Assembly (NCBI GenBank): GCA_036231405.1
Contig: JAZAHK010000038.1
Span: 1-37,281 of the forward strand
DNA length: 37,281 nucleotides
Reading direction: 5' to 3'
Origin: Nitrospinota bacterium
Lineage (GTDB): Bacteria; UBA8248
Below, one piece after another: positions 28,404 through 37,218 of this stretch. The notes under the pieces were generated by a model that saw only the letters and a list, made by a program, of their open reading frames with translations, was not told where the DNA came from and searched no databases. Numbering within the stretch: position 1 is the stretch's first letter; each line of letters opens with the position of its first letter. The position numbers and the translations under genes are program-made.

Positions 28404-29360
28404 ATCAAAGCTCTTATTACTGGTGGTGCTGGATTTATTGGTTCACATCTACTTGATTCTTTAGTGAATAGAGGTAATGAGGTTGTGGTTCTGGATGACC
28501 TTTCTACTGGTCGTCTGAGTAATATTGAACATCAACAATCCAATGTCGAATTTGTGCTTGGTTCTATTTTAAATGCTGATGTTGTCGAAAGCATAGTGTC
28601 GAGTGTTGATTGCATTTATCACTTAGCAGCAGCAGTTGGAGTTGAACTTATAGTTGAGAAACCTCTTGAGAGTCTCATGACAAATATTCGCGGAACAGAG
28701 ATTGTTTTCGAAAAAGCTCATAAATATAACAAAAGGGTGCTTGTTACTTCTACTTCTGAAATTTATGGGAAAAATACTTCTGACTCGCTTTCTGAAGAGG
28801 ACGATCGAATTCTAGGATCGCCGTTGAAAAGCAGATGGAGTTATTCCGAAGCAAAAGCTATTGATGAAATTCTCGCTTATACGTACTGGAGAGAAAAAGG
28901 ACTCGAAACAATCATAGTGCGCCTGTTTAATACTGTCGGACCTCGTCAAACCGGAAGCTATGGAATGGTGATACCAAGATTTGTAAGTCAAGCCTTACGA
29001 AATGAGCCGATCACAATTTTTGGAGATGGCACACAAACTAGATGTTTTTGTGCTGTAGATGACATAGTCAATGGAATTGTGGCGCTTAGTGAAACTCCTG
29101 AAGCTTTCGGAAAAGTTTTTAATTTAGGAGGAAGAGAAGAAATTTCTATAAAAGAACTAGCAGAAAAAGTAATAGGACTTACAGGCTCAACAAGTGACCT
29201 CAGGTTCATTCCGTATGACGTGGCCTATGAAGAAGGTTTTGAAGATATGGCAAGACGTATGCCAAATACAACAAGAGCACAAAAAATTATTGGTTTTAAA
29301 CAAACTAGTAATTTGGACGAAATAATAAGATCTGTAATTGAAGATCAAAAAAGTCAATAG
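28404..29360 (+). CDS. NAD-dependent nucleotide-sugar epimerase (UDP-Glc/GlcNAc 4-epimerase-like); true N-terminus lies upstream of the ORF-track start
   Basis: The frame is open upstream of 28464 and reads (I)KALITGGAGFIGSHL from ATC at 28404; HLAAAVGV, STSEIYG, YSEAK, RLFNTVGPRQ. Confidence 0.88.
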   Translation: MKALITGGAGFIGSHLLDSLVNRGNEVVVLDDLSTGRLSNIEHQQSNVEFVLGSILNADVVESIVSSVDCIYHLAAAVGVELIVEKPLESLMTNIRGTEIVFEKAHKYNKRVLVTSTSEIYGKNTSDSLSEEDDRILGSPLKSRWSYSEAKAIDEILAYTYWREKGLETIIVRLFNTVGPRQTGSYGMVIPRFVSQALRNEPITIFGDGTQTRCFCAVDDIVNGIVALSETPEAFGKVFNLGGREEISIKELAEKVIGLTGSTSDLRFIPYDVAYEEGFEDMARRMPNTTRAQKIIGFKQTSNLDEIIRSVIEDQKSQ

Positions 29361-29369
29361 AGAGAATTA

Positions 29370-30392
29370 ATGAACGGTTCCTTATTGAGCTATCTGATAT
29401 TTTTTTTTGGATCTTTGTTTGGTTCTCTTTTTTTAACTCCTATGGCGCTTAATTTGGCATTACAGAAAGAAATTTTAGATATTCCCGGAGGTCATAAATC
29501 CCATAGTTCCCCCATTCCGTATTTGGGCGGCGTTGCTATAGTTACAGCTTTTTCTTTAGTTATTTTATGTGCAACTACTTTTGGTTCTTTGTCTGCAGGA
29601 TCTGGTCAATTGAATATCATTGTTGGTTTAGCGCTCTTATTAGCTTTTACCGGTTTGATAGATGACTTAAAGACTATTAGTCCAGTCATTAAATTTTCCG
29701 TACAGATTTTTTGCGCATTATGTATATGTTTGGCCGATGATGGCGTTTCAATATTTGAAATTGAGTTTATTGATTGGCCTATAACATTTTTGTGGGTTGT
29801 GGGGATAACTAACTCATTTAATTTGCTTGATAACATGGATGGATTAGCAGCTGGACTTGCTGGGATCGTGAGTTTTACATTTTTTTGTATTGCTGCAACA
29901 AATGGTCAATTTTTAGTGGCCAGTCTTGCTGTCGCCCTGAGTGGATGCTCATTTGGTTTTTTAAAAAAGAATTCTTTTCCTGCAGCTATATATATGGGTG
30001 ATGGTGGTTCATTGTTTTTAGGTTTTTTAATTTCATACCTAGGGCTAAAACTGAGATTTGATAGTCCTATATCAAGAAGCTTTTTAGTGCCGATTACCGC
30101 ATGCTCTATTCCAATATTAGATACAACGGTTGTCTTTTTTTCACGTCTTTGGCACCGTAGAAGCCCTTTCTTGGGTGGCAAAGATCATATAAGTCACCGA
30201 CTAGTAAGCCGCGGGCATTCGATTTTAGGTGCTGTTAGGAAAATTTATGTTTTTGCATTTATGGTCGGCTTTGTTTCATTCTTCATAACGAAGGTAAGTT
30301 CCTTGCTTGCAGGGATTATTGTTGCCACTGTTTGGGTTTTTATAACTTCTGTAGCGGTGTTTGCGTGGAAGACTCCAACTTTTTATGACTAG
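29370..30392 (+). CDS. wecA: Polyprenyl-phosphate N-acetylhexosamine-1-phosphate transferase (WecA/TagO/MraY family)
   Basis: D.P..HK.H..P.P.LGG, GLIDD, NSFNLLDNMDGLA, YMGDGGS, DHISHRL; multiple TMs. Confidence 0.92.
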   Translation: MNGSLLSYLIFFFGSLFGSLFLTPMALNLALQKEILDIPGGHKSHSSPIPYLGGVAIVTAFSLVILCATTFGSLSAGSGQLNIIVGLALLLAFTGLIDDLKTISPVIKFSVQIFCALCICLADDGVSIFEIEFIDWPITFLWVVGITNSFNLLDNMDGLAAGLAGIVSFTFFCIAATNGQFLVASLAVALSGCSFGFLKKNSFPAAIYMGDGGSLFLGFLISYLGLKLRFDSPISRSFLVPITACSIPILDTTVVFFSRLWHRRSPFLGGKDHISHRLVSRGHSILGAVRKIYVFAFMVGFVSFFITKVSSLLAGIIVATVWVFITSVAVFAWKTPTFYD

Positions 30393-30483
30393 TACCATTT
30401 TTCATTGTTTAGGTATTTTTGTTATTGCTTAAGGTTTAATAAAGCCAGAAGCCTTTGAAGCATTCGTTAGTTTCTTTAAGTCG

Positions 30484-31659
30484 CTAATAAGGTGAGGGTT
30501 CTATGCGGTGTTTTTTTGTAGCTAATTTACTGTTTTTAGTTAGATTTTTGAAAAAATCAATAATTACTTCCACTCCGATTCCAGACCATATGGTCCATAA
30601 AACAAGAAACCACCATCCGAATCTTCCTTCCCAAATCGCCCAAGTTATTCCTATAAGAAGCATAAATGGAATGGTTATTCCTAAAATTGTCAAGGTCAGT
30701 ACTGATTTTCTACTCCTCCACAAGCCCACCAAAGCTGTTCCATAAAAAAGTGTCATCATCACAAAAGTTGATAGATTAAGTTGTTTTGAATACCACGGTC
30801 TTACTTGTTTGAGCTCCCAACCGATTCTGAGCAATGCTAGATGGGTCATTTCTTTAGGATTATCAATGATATATCTGACATATGCGCTATTTGATGGGTC
30901 TTCGTTAACAGGTTTGGGCATTTCAATTCTTTCTTCAGGAACGTTCCAAACGACATCGCCAATCCAGGCATGAGGTCCGAAATGGTTTGTTTCCTCTCCG
31001 CTGTTGAAAGAATCAGATGAAGTCGTTACTAAAAATAGAATTAAAATCAAACTGACAAAACAGATTATTTTTGATTTGAGATCCCAAGATCTCGAAAAAA
31101 TCACTATTGAAATTACTGAGATCAGAAGAATTATTCCATTAGGTCGTAAAGAAGAGACTATAAAAATGACAATCCAAAGTTGTACCCAGTTTTGTCGATT
31201 TTCTTTTAAAGCTCTAACCGTTAACCATGTAACAATAATTACACCAGAATAAAACAATGATTCTGTAAGAACGTATCTCGTCCATTGATTTACTAGCGGA
31301 CATAGTAGATATATGGAAGAAGCTACCCAGCCAGCACGGTTACCCTTAAACATCCTTCCAAGTGAAAGCAACGCAGCAGATCCGGCTATCACAGCGATCA
31401 TTTGGATGATGCAGGCAAACCACGTTGTGGAACCTACTAAACTGCCGATTTTAAGGACGAATAAGTAACCCGAGTAGCCCCTATAATCGGTTGGAATATT
31501 GGGGAGGTTATTCGCTATCTTAATAAACCCTGAAGAATCTCCTCCTAATGCTGGGGCATAAGGGAGCGAGAACAATAAAGATACTGAGACCTGACCAATA
31601 ATCGAGATAGCGACGAGTTTTAGTAAGTCAGAACGAGTATTTTTAAGTCCATTTTTCAA
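30484..31659 (-). CDS. GT-C fold membrane glycosyltransferase (PMT_2/ArnT-like)
   Basis: GGDSSGF after TM1, Y..GY..L, P...W..YVLTESLF, LRPNG, C-terminal EGRF; multiple TMs. Confidence 0.75.
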   Translation of the reverse strand: MKNGLKNTRSDLLKLVAISIIGQVSVSLLFSLPYAPALGGDSSGFIKIANNLPNIPTDYRGYSGYLFVLKIGSLVGSTTWFACIIQMIAVIAGSAALLSLGRMFKGNRAGWVASSIYLLCPLVNQWTRYVLTESLFYSGVIIVTWLTVRALKENRQNWVQLWIVIFIVSSLRPNGIILLISVISIVIFSRSWDLKSKIICFVSLILILFLVTTSSDSFNSGEETNHFGPHAWIGDVVWNVPEERIEMPKPVNEDPSNSAYVRYIIDNPKEMTHLALLRIGWELKQVRPWYSKQLNLSTFVMMTLFYGTALVGLWRSRKSVLTLTILGITIPFMLLIGITWAIWEGRFGWWFLVLWTIWSGIGVEVIIDFFKNLTKNSKLATKKHRIEPSPY

Positions 31660-31728
31660 ATTAGCTGCGAATCTTGAGTTATTGTCCAGAAAGACGATTC
31701 TAAGTCTATAACCTCACGGAGGCCATTT

Positions 31729-32442
31729 TTGCAGAAAACAACTTTACGACCAGAACCAAGCCAGTCTTGCTTGTCTGTAGTTATTCCAGTATTTAATGAA
31801 GGAAAATTGATTTCACGTTGTGTAGAGAGAGTTTTAGATGAGCCCTTAGTCCGCGATGTTGTAATTGTGGATGATGGATCAAATGACGACACCGCAAATC
31901 AGGTTGCTTTTTATAAAGGTCACCCTAAGGTAAAAATTTCTACTCATTCAATTAATAAGGGGAAGGGAGCTGCTTTAAGAACGGGCTTCGGATTAGCAGA
32001 ATCTGCTTTTGTTATAACTCAAGATGCAGATCTAGAGCAGGATCCTTCTGATTATAAAAGTATAATCGAGCCTCTGTTTAGGGGTGAAGCGGATGTTGTT
32101 TATGGAACCAGATTTTCAAACCTTAAGCGTTATCCTGATCAGCGGTTCGTGCATTATTTTGCAAATAGGTTATTGACATTCATCTCTAATCTAAAAACTG
32201 GATTAAATCTCACAGATATGGAGACTGGGTATAAAGCTTTTCGTCATGGGGTGTTAGACAGTTTTGTTATTGAAGAGGATCGTTTTGGTGTGGAACCGGA
32301 ATTGACCGCAAAGATAGCAAATGAAGGGTGGAGGATTGTTGAAGTGCCGATTTCTTATGTTCCGAGAAATGCGTCAGACGGGAAAAAGATTGGTTGGAAA
32401 GATGGACTCAGGACTCTGTATTGTATTTTTAAATATTCTTAA
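31729..32442 (+). CDS. GT2 polyprenyl-phosphate sugar synthase (DPM1/Ppm1-like)
   Basis: VVIPVFNE, VDDGSND.T, NKGKGAALRTG, QDADLE.DP, TDMETGYK, GKKIGWKDG; GGAGG Shine-Dalgarno at 31718-31722 before the TTG start. Confidence 0.9.
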   Translation: MQKTTLRPEPSQSCLSVVIPVFNEGKLISRCVERVLDEPLVRDVVIVDDGSNDDTANQVAFYKGHPKVKISTHSINKGKGAALRTGFGLAESAFVITQDADLEQDPSDYKSIIEPLFRGEADVVYGTRFSNLKRYPDQRFVHYFANRLLTFISNLKTGLNLTDMETGYKAFRHGVLDSFVIEEDRFGVEPELTAKIANEGWRIVEVPISYVPRNASDGKKIGWKDGLRTLYCIFKYS

Positions 32443-32523
32443 TTCAATCGTTTTCGTTGGAAAGAGGATTTTGAACTATCCTTGGGTCTAGCTTGTTAAA
32501 ATTTTTCGTTGGAAAGCGTTTAT

Positions 32524-33783
32524 ATGACTGAAACAGTTGTTGTCATAGGCCTTGGGTATATAGGTCTTCCAGTGGCCTTGGAGTCATGTATGAGTGGTTT
32601 TGAAGTAATCGGGTTTGATATTTCAAAAGATCTTATTAACGATCTTAATAGGCGTGTATCGCATATAGATGATATAGAAGACTCTGAAATAGAAAAAATG
32701 TTTGATCATGGATTCACGGTAACTGATAATCCTAAATCGGTCGAAAATGCTGACTACATAGTTATTTGTGTTCCAACTCCTTTGTCTGACGATGGAGTAC
32801 CTGATATGAAAGCGGTTATAGAGGCTTGTGAAACGATTGCTCCATTTATTAAAAAAGGTTCTGTAGTTTCGCTTGAATCTACTACTTATCCAGGAACCAC
32901 TGATGGGCTGGTTAGGAAAAAACTTGAAAAGAACAGTGGTTTGACTGCAGGGGAAGATTTTGCTTTGGTCTACTCACCGGAGCGTATAGACCCTGGGAAT
33001 GAAAGATTTGGTTTTCGAAATACACCAAAACTAGTCGCAGGATTAACAGAAAAATGCTTGATCCTCGGTTCGGATTTTTATTCACAGATAGTAGAGGTTG
33101 TAGTTCCAACTACTGGCTTACGGGAAGCTGAATTGGCGAAGTTAATTGAAAATACTTATCGCCATGTAAACATAGCTTTAATGAATGAGTTGGCAGTTTT
33201 TTGTCATGAACTTGGAGTAAACATATGGGATTCAATTGAAGCCGCCAAGACCAAGCCTTTTGGTTTTGAGGCTTTTTATCCAGGACCAGGAGTTGGTGGC
33301 CACTGCATACCTATAGATCCAAATTATTTGTCATGGGTTGTGCGTTCTATCGGTCAAAGGTTTCGTTTGGTCGAATTGGCACAGGAAGTTTCTGAGCGTA
33401 TGCCAGCTTACATTGCGAAAAGAGTTCAAGATTCTCTCAATTTTGCAAGTAAGACAGTTAAAGGTTCAAAGATTCTTTTGTTGGGAGTTGCTTATAAGCC
33501 AAATGTAAGTGATAAGAGGCAAACACCTGCTATCCCGTTAACTGATCATTTGCTGGATATGGGTGCAAAGGTGAGTTTTTATGATCCATATGTTGAAAAT
33601 TTTTTTGTTGAAGAAGTTGAGATAGAGAGAGAAGAATCCTTAAAAAATGGTTTGACCAATTGTGATTTGGCGATTTTATTAACTGCTCACAATGATATTA
33701 TTGAAGCAGAAGAGCTAAGAATAGCTAGCATAATTTTTGATACACGTGGAGTCTTGTCAGGAGAGAATGTTGAAAATTTATAG
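32524..33783 (+). CDS. Second UDP-N-acetylhexosamine 6-dehydrogenase (WbpA/WbpO/WecC family)
   Basis: GLGYIGLP, CVPTP, ESTTYPGTT, SPERIDPGN, KLIENTYRHVNIA, GGHCIPIDP. ATG at 32524 preferred over TTG at 32509. Confidence 0.92.
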   Translation: MTETVVVIGLGYIGLPVALESCMSGFEVIGFDISKDLINDLNRRVSHIDDIEDSEIEKMFDHGFTVTDNPKSVENADYIVICVPTPLSDDGVPDMKAVIEACETIAPFIKKGSVVSLESTTYPGTTDGLVRKKLEKNSGLTAGEDFALVYSPERIDPGNERFGFRNTPKLVAGLTEKCLILGSDFYSQIVEVVVPTTGLREAELAKLIENTYRHVNIALMNELAVFCHELGVNIWDSIEAAKTKPFGFEAFYPGPGVGGHCIPIDPNYLSWVVRSIGQRFRLVELAQEVSERMPAYIAKRVQDSLNFASKTVKGSKILLLGVAYKPNVSDKRQTPAIPLTDHLLDMGAKVSFYDPYVENFFVEEVEIEREESLKNGLTNCDLAILLTAHNDIIEAEELRIASIIFDTRGVLSGENVENL

Positions 33784-33802
33784 TAGAAATTTTCAACATT
33801 CT
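33764..33802. terminator. Perfect 16-bp inverted repeat between convergent genes; candidate bidirectional terminator
   Basis: AGAATGTTGAAAATTT (33764-33779), loop ATAGTAG, AAATTTTCAACATTCT (33787-33802). Confidence 0.65.
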
Positions 33803-33822
33803 TAAATTTTAGTTTGTAAAAA

Positions 33823-35493
33823 TCAAAAGTTTAGATTTAGTGGATTTTCGGAAAGTTCGAAACTTCCACCGTCAAAACTCAAGTTAGGGCTGTATGCGGG
33901 GTCAACGTTTAAAATCTCACTCCATCTACCCCGTATAATTTCTAACTCTTTTCGTAAACGTTCGTTTATTAAAGGGTTGTCATCGACTCCACGTGAAACA
34001 GATTCATGATGAATAACTTTTGCATAAGGTGTGAAAATTACACGTAATCCTTTTTTTCTGGCCTTAAAGCAAAGATCGATGTCATTATACGCGACAGGTA
34101 GATTTTCTTCATCTAAACCACCAAGTTCAAACCAAGTAGACTTCTCTATTGCCATACAAGCTCCCGTAACAGCAGCTACCGCATGAACTGCCTTCAAACG
34201 ACCGAAATAGCCTGAATTGTCGCCTAATAAATGTTTATGACCATGACCCATCAATCCTCCCAAACCAGGATGAACACCCGCATGTTGGATAGTCCCATCA
34301 GTGAAGAGAAGCAGAGCTCCTACAATGCCTACTTCAGGTCTTGAAACCTGGGAAACAAGCTCAGCTAACCATTCAGAATCTATTATTTCCATATCGTTGT
34401 TCAGCAAAACCAGAACGTCACCTTTAGCAGCACTCCCAGCAAGGTTCATCATCGCTGAGAAGTTGAAAGAACCAGAAAAGTTGATGATTTCAAAGTTTGT
34501 CTTTTTTTCGAATTTTTGGATCACTTTTAAAGCTTTAGATTCGGTGGTTTCGTGGTTGACAAGAACAACTTCGAAATTTGAGTAAGACGTTTCCTCAAAA
34601 AGACTTTCAAGGCATTTTTCTAATATTCGGCCGTTGTCACGTGTAGGAATTAGTATTGAAACCAACGGTTCAGGTTCTGGTAAGGGATGTGCGATTCTTT
34701 TACAGGAGGGTTCAAGGTGTGTTCCATCACCAGCAACCGGAATACTTGCAAGTACATTGGAGATGTGAAAAATCCCATCGTGGGGAACATTCTTAGTCAC
34801 TTTAAGCAAAAATTCGTGCTTGTCAGATCCGTCATCCCTGTGGGTTTCCCAAAGTTCTCTTTTGTAGGCTACAAATGGCTCGAAGTAGTTCATCGCAGCG
34901 AACAAATCAGGGTTCCAGTCAGGTTTCATGTAGGGGTCACAAAATTTACCGGCCGGATCGATATGGTCATGGTCACTATACATAACATCAATTACAGGGT
35001 TATTGATTGCTGAAAAAGCATTGGAAAAAAGAGCTGTTTCGTGAAGTTTTGTGCCCGGCGTCAGTTCAATTACCCAGTCGCCAAGTTCTGATGTATAAGA
35101 ATCCACTATTTTTATACGCTTATCTTGCAATTCAAGTATTTTTTCTTGTAGTTCTGTATCCATGGAGTCATAGTTCATGATCCACAACAACCAATTTGGG
35201 TAAAGCTGCACCATTAGGGATTTAATTGTCTCGAAAACATAAGTTGAGTCGTGACCCTGGGTATCTAAAATTAGAGTAAAAGAAAGGTGGTTGGGAAAGC
35301 TGTCGATGCGGTCTTTGATCTTTTGTCTTTCCTCTTCGTTTAGCTCAACCCACTTTTGACGCCATTCTGAGTATGTGATTTTGTCTTTCTTATCACTAAG
35401 AGATAATAAAAACCGGAAAGTTCGTGATAGAAGTTCTTTTACTTTGCCAGATCTAAATAACCGCCAAGCGGTCATCCACCTTCGATTAAGCAC
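33823..35493 (-). CDS. Two-domain glycosyltransferase family 2 (first domain degenerate)
   Basis: Domain 1: QLYPNW.L, YSDHD.ID, P..KPDW.PDL. Domain 2: VSILIPTRD, FNFSA..N, LLNND, VTGAC, NDIDLC, HHESVSRG, DPAYSPNL. Confidence 0.9.
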   Translation of the reverse strand: MLNRRWMTAWRLFRSGKVKELLSRTFRFLLSLSDKKDKITYSEWRQKWVELNEEERQKIKDRIDSFPNHLSFTLILDTQGHDSTYVFETIKSLMVQLYPNWLLWIMNYDSMDTELQEKILELQDKRIKIVDSYTSELGDWVIELTPGTKLHETALFSNAFSAINNPVIDVMYSDHDHIDPAGKFCDPYMKPDWNPDLFAAMNYFEPFVAYKRELWETHRDDGSDKHEFLLKVTKNVPHDGIFHISNVLASIPVAGDGTHLEPSCKRIAHPLPEPEPLVSILIPTRDNGRILEKCLESLFEETSYSNFEVVLVNHETTESKALKVIQKFEKKTNFEIINFSGSFNFSAMMNLAGSAAKGDVLVLLNNDMEIIDSEWLAELVSQVSRPEVGIVGALLLFTDGTIQHAGVHPGLGGLMGHGHKHLLGDNSGYFGRLKAVHAVAAVTGACMAIEKSTWFELGGLDEENLPVAYNDIDLCFKARKKGLRVIFTPYAKVIHHESVSRGVDDNPLINERLRKELEIIRGRWSEILNVDPAYSPNLSFDGGSFELSENPLNLNF

Positions 35494-35496
35494 GTT

Positions 35497-37218
35497 TTAT
35501 TCGATTACAGCGAGAACGTCTCCTGCTCCCACTGAATCTCCTTTGGAAACGAGCACTTCTTTAACAACGCCTGATTTTTCAGCCATGACATTATTTTCCA
35601 TCTTCATTGCCTCTAACACACATATAGGGGCACCTGCTTCAATTTCAGAGCCTTCGTTTACCAGAACGTTCACAATTGTTCCCTGCATGGGAGCTACAAC
35701 TTGCCCACTTCCAGAAGCAGAAGAGGATAAACCTGAAGTTGAACGTCTAGGTGGTTTTGTTTTTGAATCAAGAAGCAGAACATTTACTTCGAACCGGCGA
35801 CCATCAACCTCAACTGTCGTTTGCTGGCGCTCAAATGCAGTACCTTCTTCTGAAATTTGATCGGCTGGTTCTTCAGGAAATTCAAGCTGTTCTTCAACCC
35901 AACGAGTTGAATGAGCAACATTCTGAAAGTCAGGATGTCCAATTATTATCGAAGCTGCCGAAGCAGTTGTAGCTACACCTGAGACTTCCAGTTCTCCTAG
36001 AGCACGTAGGCCACGTCCTATGGCAATGTCTCGATTCGATCCCCAAACCACAAGTTTTCCTATCAGGTTGTCGTAGAACTGGCTTACATCATCACCTGCT
36101 TCATACCCACTATCGAAACGGACTCCGAAACCATTAGGAACTTTTAGTGTGTCGATATGTCCTGGTACCGGTAAGAATCTTCCCCCTGCAGGATCCTCGG
36201 CGTTAATGCGAAACTCAATGGCATGACCTGAAATAACTATGTCATCCTGGGAGAAACTAAGAGGCTCAGCAGATGCAATACGTAACTGTTGTTCAACCAG
36301 GTCAATTCCGGTGACCATTTCAGTTACAGGATGTTCAACCTGAAGACGGGTATTCATTTCAAGATAGAAAAATTCACCATCTTGAAATAAAAACTCAACT
36401 GTCCCAGCACTCGTGTAGTTACAACCTTTAGCCACGGCAACAGCCGCTTTGCCCATAGCCATCCTGACTTCATGGGGTATTTCAGGAGCTGGCGCTTCTT
36501 CGACAAGTTTCTGATGTCGACGCTGAGTCGAGCAATCACGGTCCCCAAGATAAACGACATTCCCATGAGAATCAGCTAAAACTTGCACTTCAACATGCCT
36601 TGGAGAAGTCAAGTAGCGTTCTAAATACAGTTCGTCGCGACCAAAAGAAGCCATTGATTCTCTTCTAGCTGAGTCAACAGCCGATTCGACTTCTTCTTCG
36701 CTTTCAACGACCTTCATGCCGCGGCCGCCGCCACCATAAGCAGCCTTTACCGCTACAGGCCAACCGTGTTCAGAAGCAAACTTTTTAACCTCTTCAGGAT
36801 CTGTTATTAGATCTGAAGTACCTGGCACACCAGAAACACCGACTTTTTCAGCTGCTTCTCTGGCGGAAAGTTTGTCCCCCATAGTTTCGATGGCCTCTGG
36901 TGGGGGACCTATGAATGCAACACCTTTTTCTTTAACGGCTCTAGCGAAATCAGCGTTTTCGGAAAGAAAACCGTAACCAGGATGGACGCTGTCAGCACCG
37001 CATTTGTCAACAATCTCCAAAACTTTGTCGACATCAAGGTAACTTTCTGTTGCGCTTTGCCCACCTAGTCTCCAAGCTTCGTCAGCGAGACGAACATGAA
37101 GAGCATTTGTGTCTAAATCTGAATAAACCGCGACCGATTTAATCCCTAATTCACGGCAGGCTCTTATAACTCTTACCGCTATTTCTCCACGGTTTGCAAC
37201 TAAAACTTTTGAAAGCAT
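35497..37218 (-). CDS. bccA: Acetyl-/propionyl-CoA carboxylase alpha subunit (biotin carboxylase + biotin carrier, AccA3/BccA type)
   Basis: KVLVANRGEIA, HPGYGFLSEN, GGGGRGM, RDCS.QRRHQK, EMNTRLQVEHPVTE, biotinylation motif EAMKM. Confidence 0.96.
   Translation of the reverse strand: MLSKVLVANRGEIAVRVIRACRELGIKSVAVYSDLDTNALHVRLADEAWRLGGQSATESYLDVDKVLEIVDKCGADSVHPGYGFLSENADFARAVKEKGVAFIGPPPEAIETMGDKLSAREAAEKVGVSGVPGTSDLITDPEEVKKFASEHGWPVAVKAAYGGGGRGMKVVESEEEVESAVDSARRESMASFGRDELYLERYLTSPRHVEVQVLADSHGNVVYLGDRDCSTQRRHQKLVEEAPAPEIPHEVRMAMGKAAVAVAKGCNYTSAGTVEFLFQDGEFFYLEMNTRLQVEHPVTEMVTGIDLVEQQLRIASAEPLSFSQDDIVISGHAIEFRINAEDPAGGRFLPVPGHIDTLKVPNGFGVRFDSGYEAGDDVSQFYDNLIGKLVVWGSNRDIAIGRGLRALGELEVSGVATTASAASIIIGHPDFQNVAHSTRWVEEQLEFPEEPADQISEEGTAFERQQTTVEVDGRRFEVNVLLLDSKTKPPRRSTSGLSSSASGSGQVVAPMQGTIVNVLVNEGSEIEAGAPICVLEAMKMENNVMAEKSGVVKEVLVSKGDSVGAGDVLAVIE

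Noticed and set aside
29400-29408. Poly-T tracts (also near 3590 and 1252) as phase-variation switches
   Set aside because: 8-9 nt A/T runs are expected in AT-rich DNA, all genes are in frame, and there are no long G/C tracts.
1621-36566. Numerous 60-160 aa ORFs in the track that overlap larger genes (e.g. 10240..10626, 16504..16869, 35375..35860, 27047..27268)
   Set aside because: Antisense or alternate-frame shadows of well-supported CDSs with no recognisable motifs.
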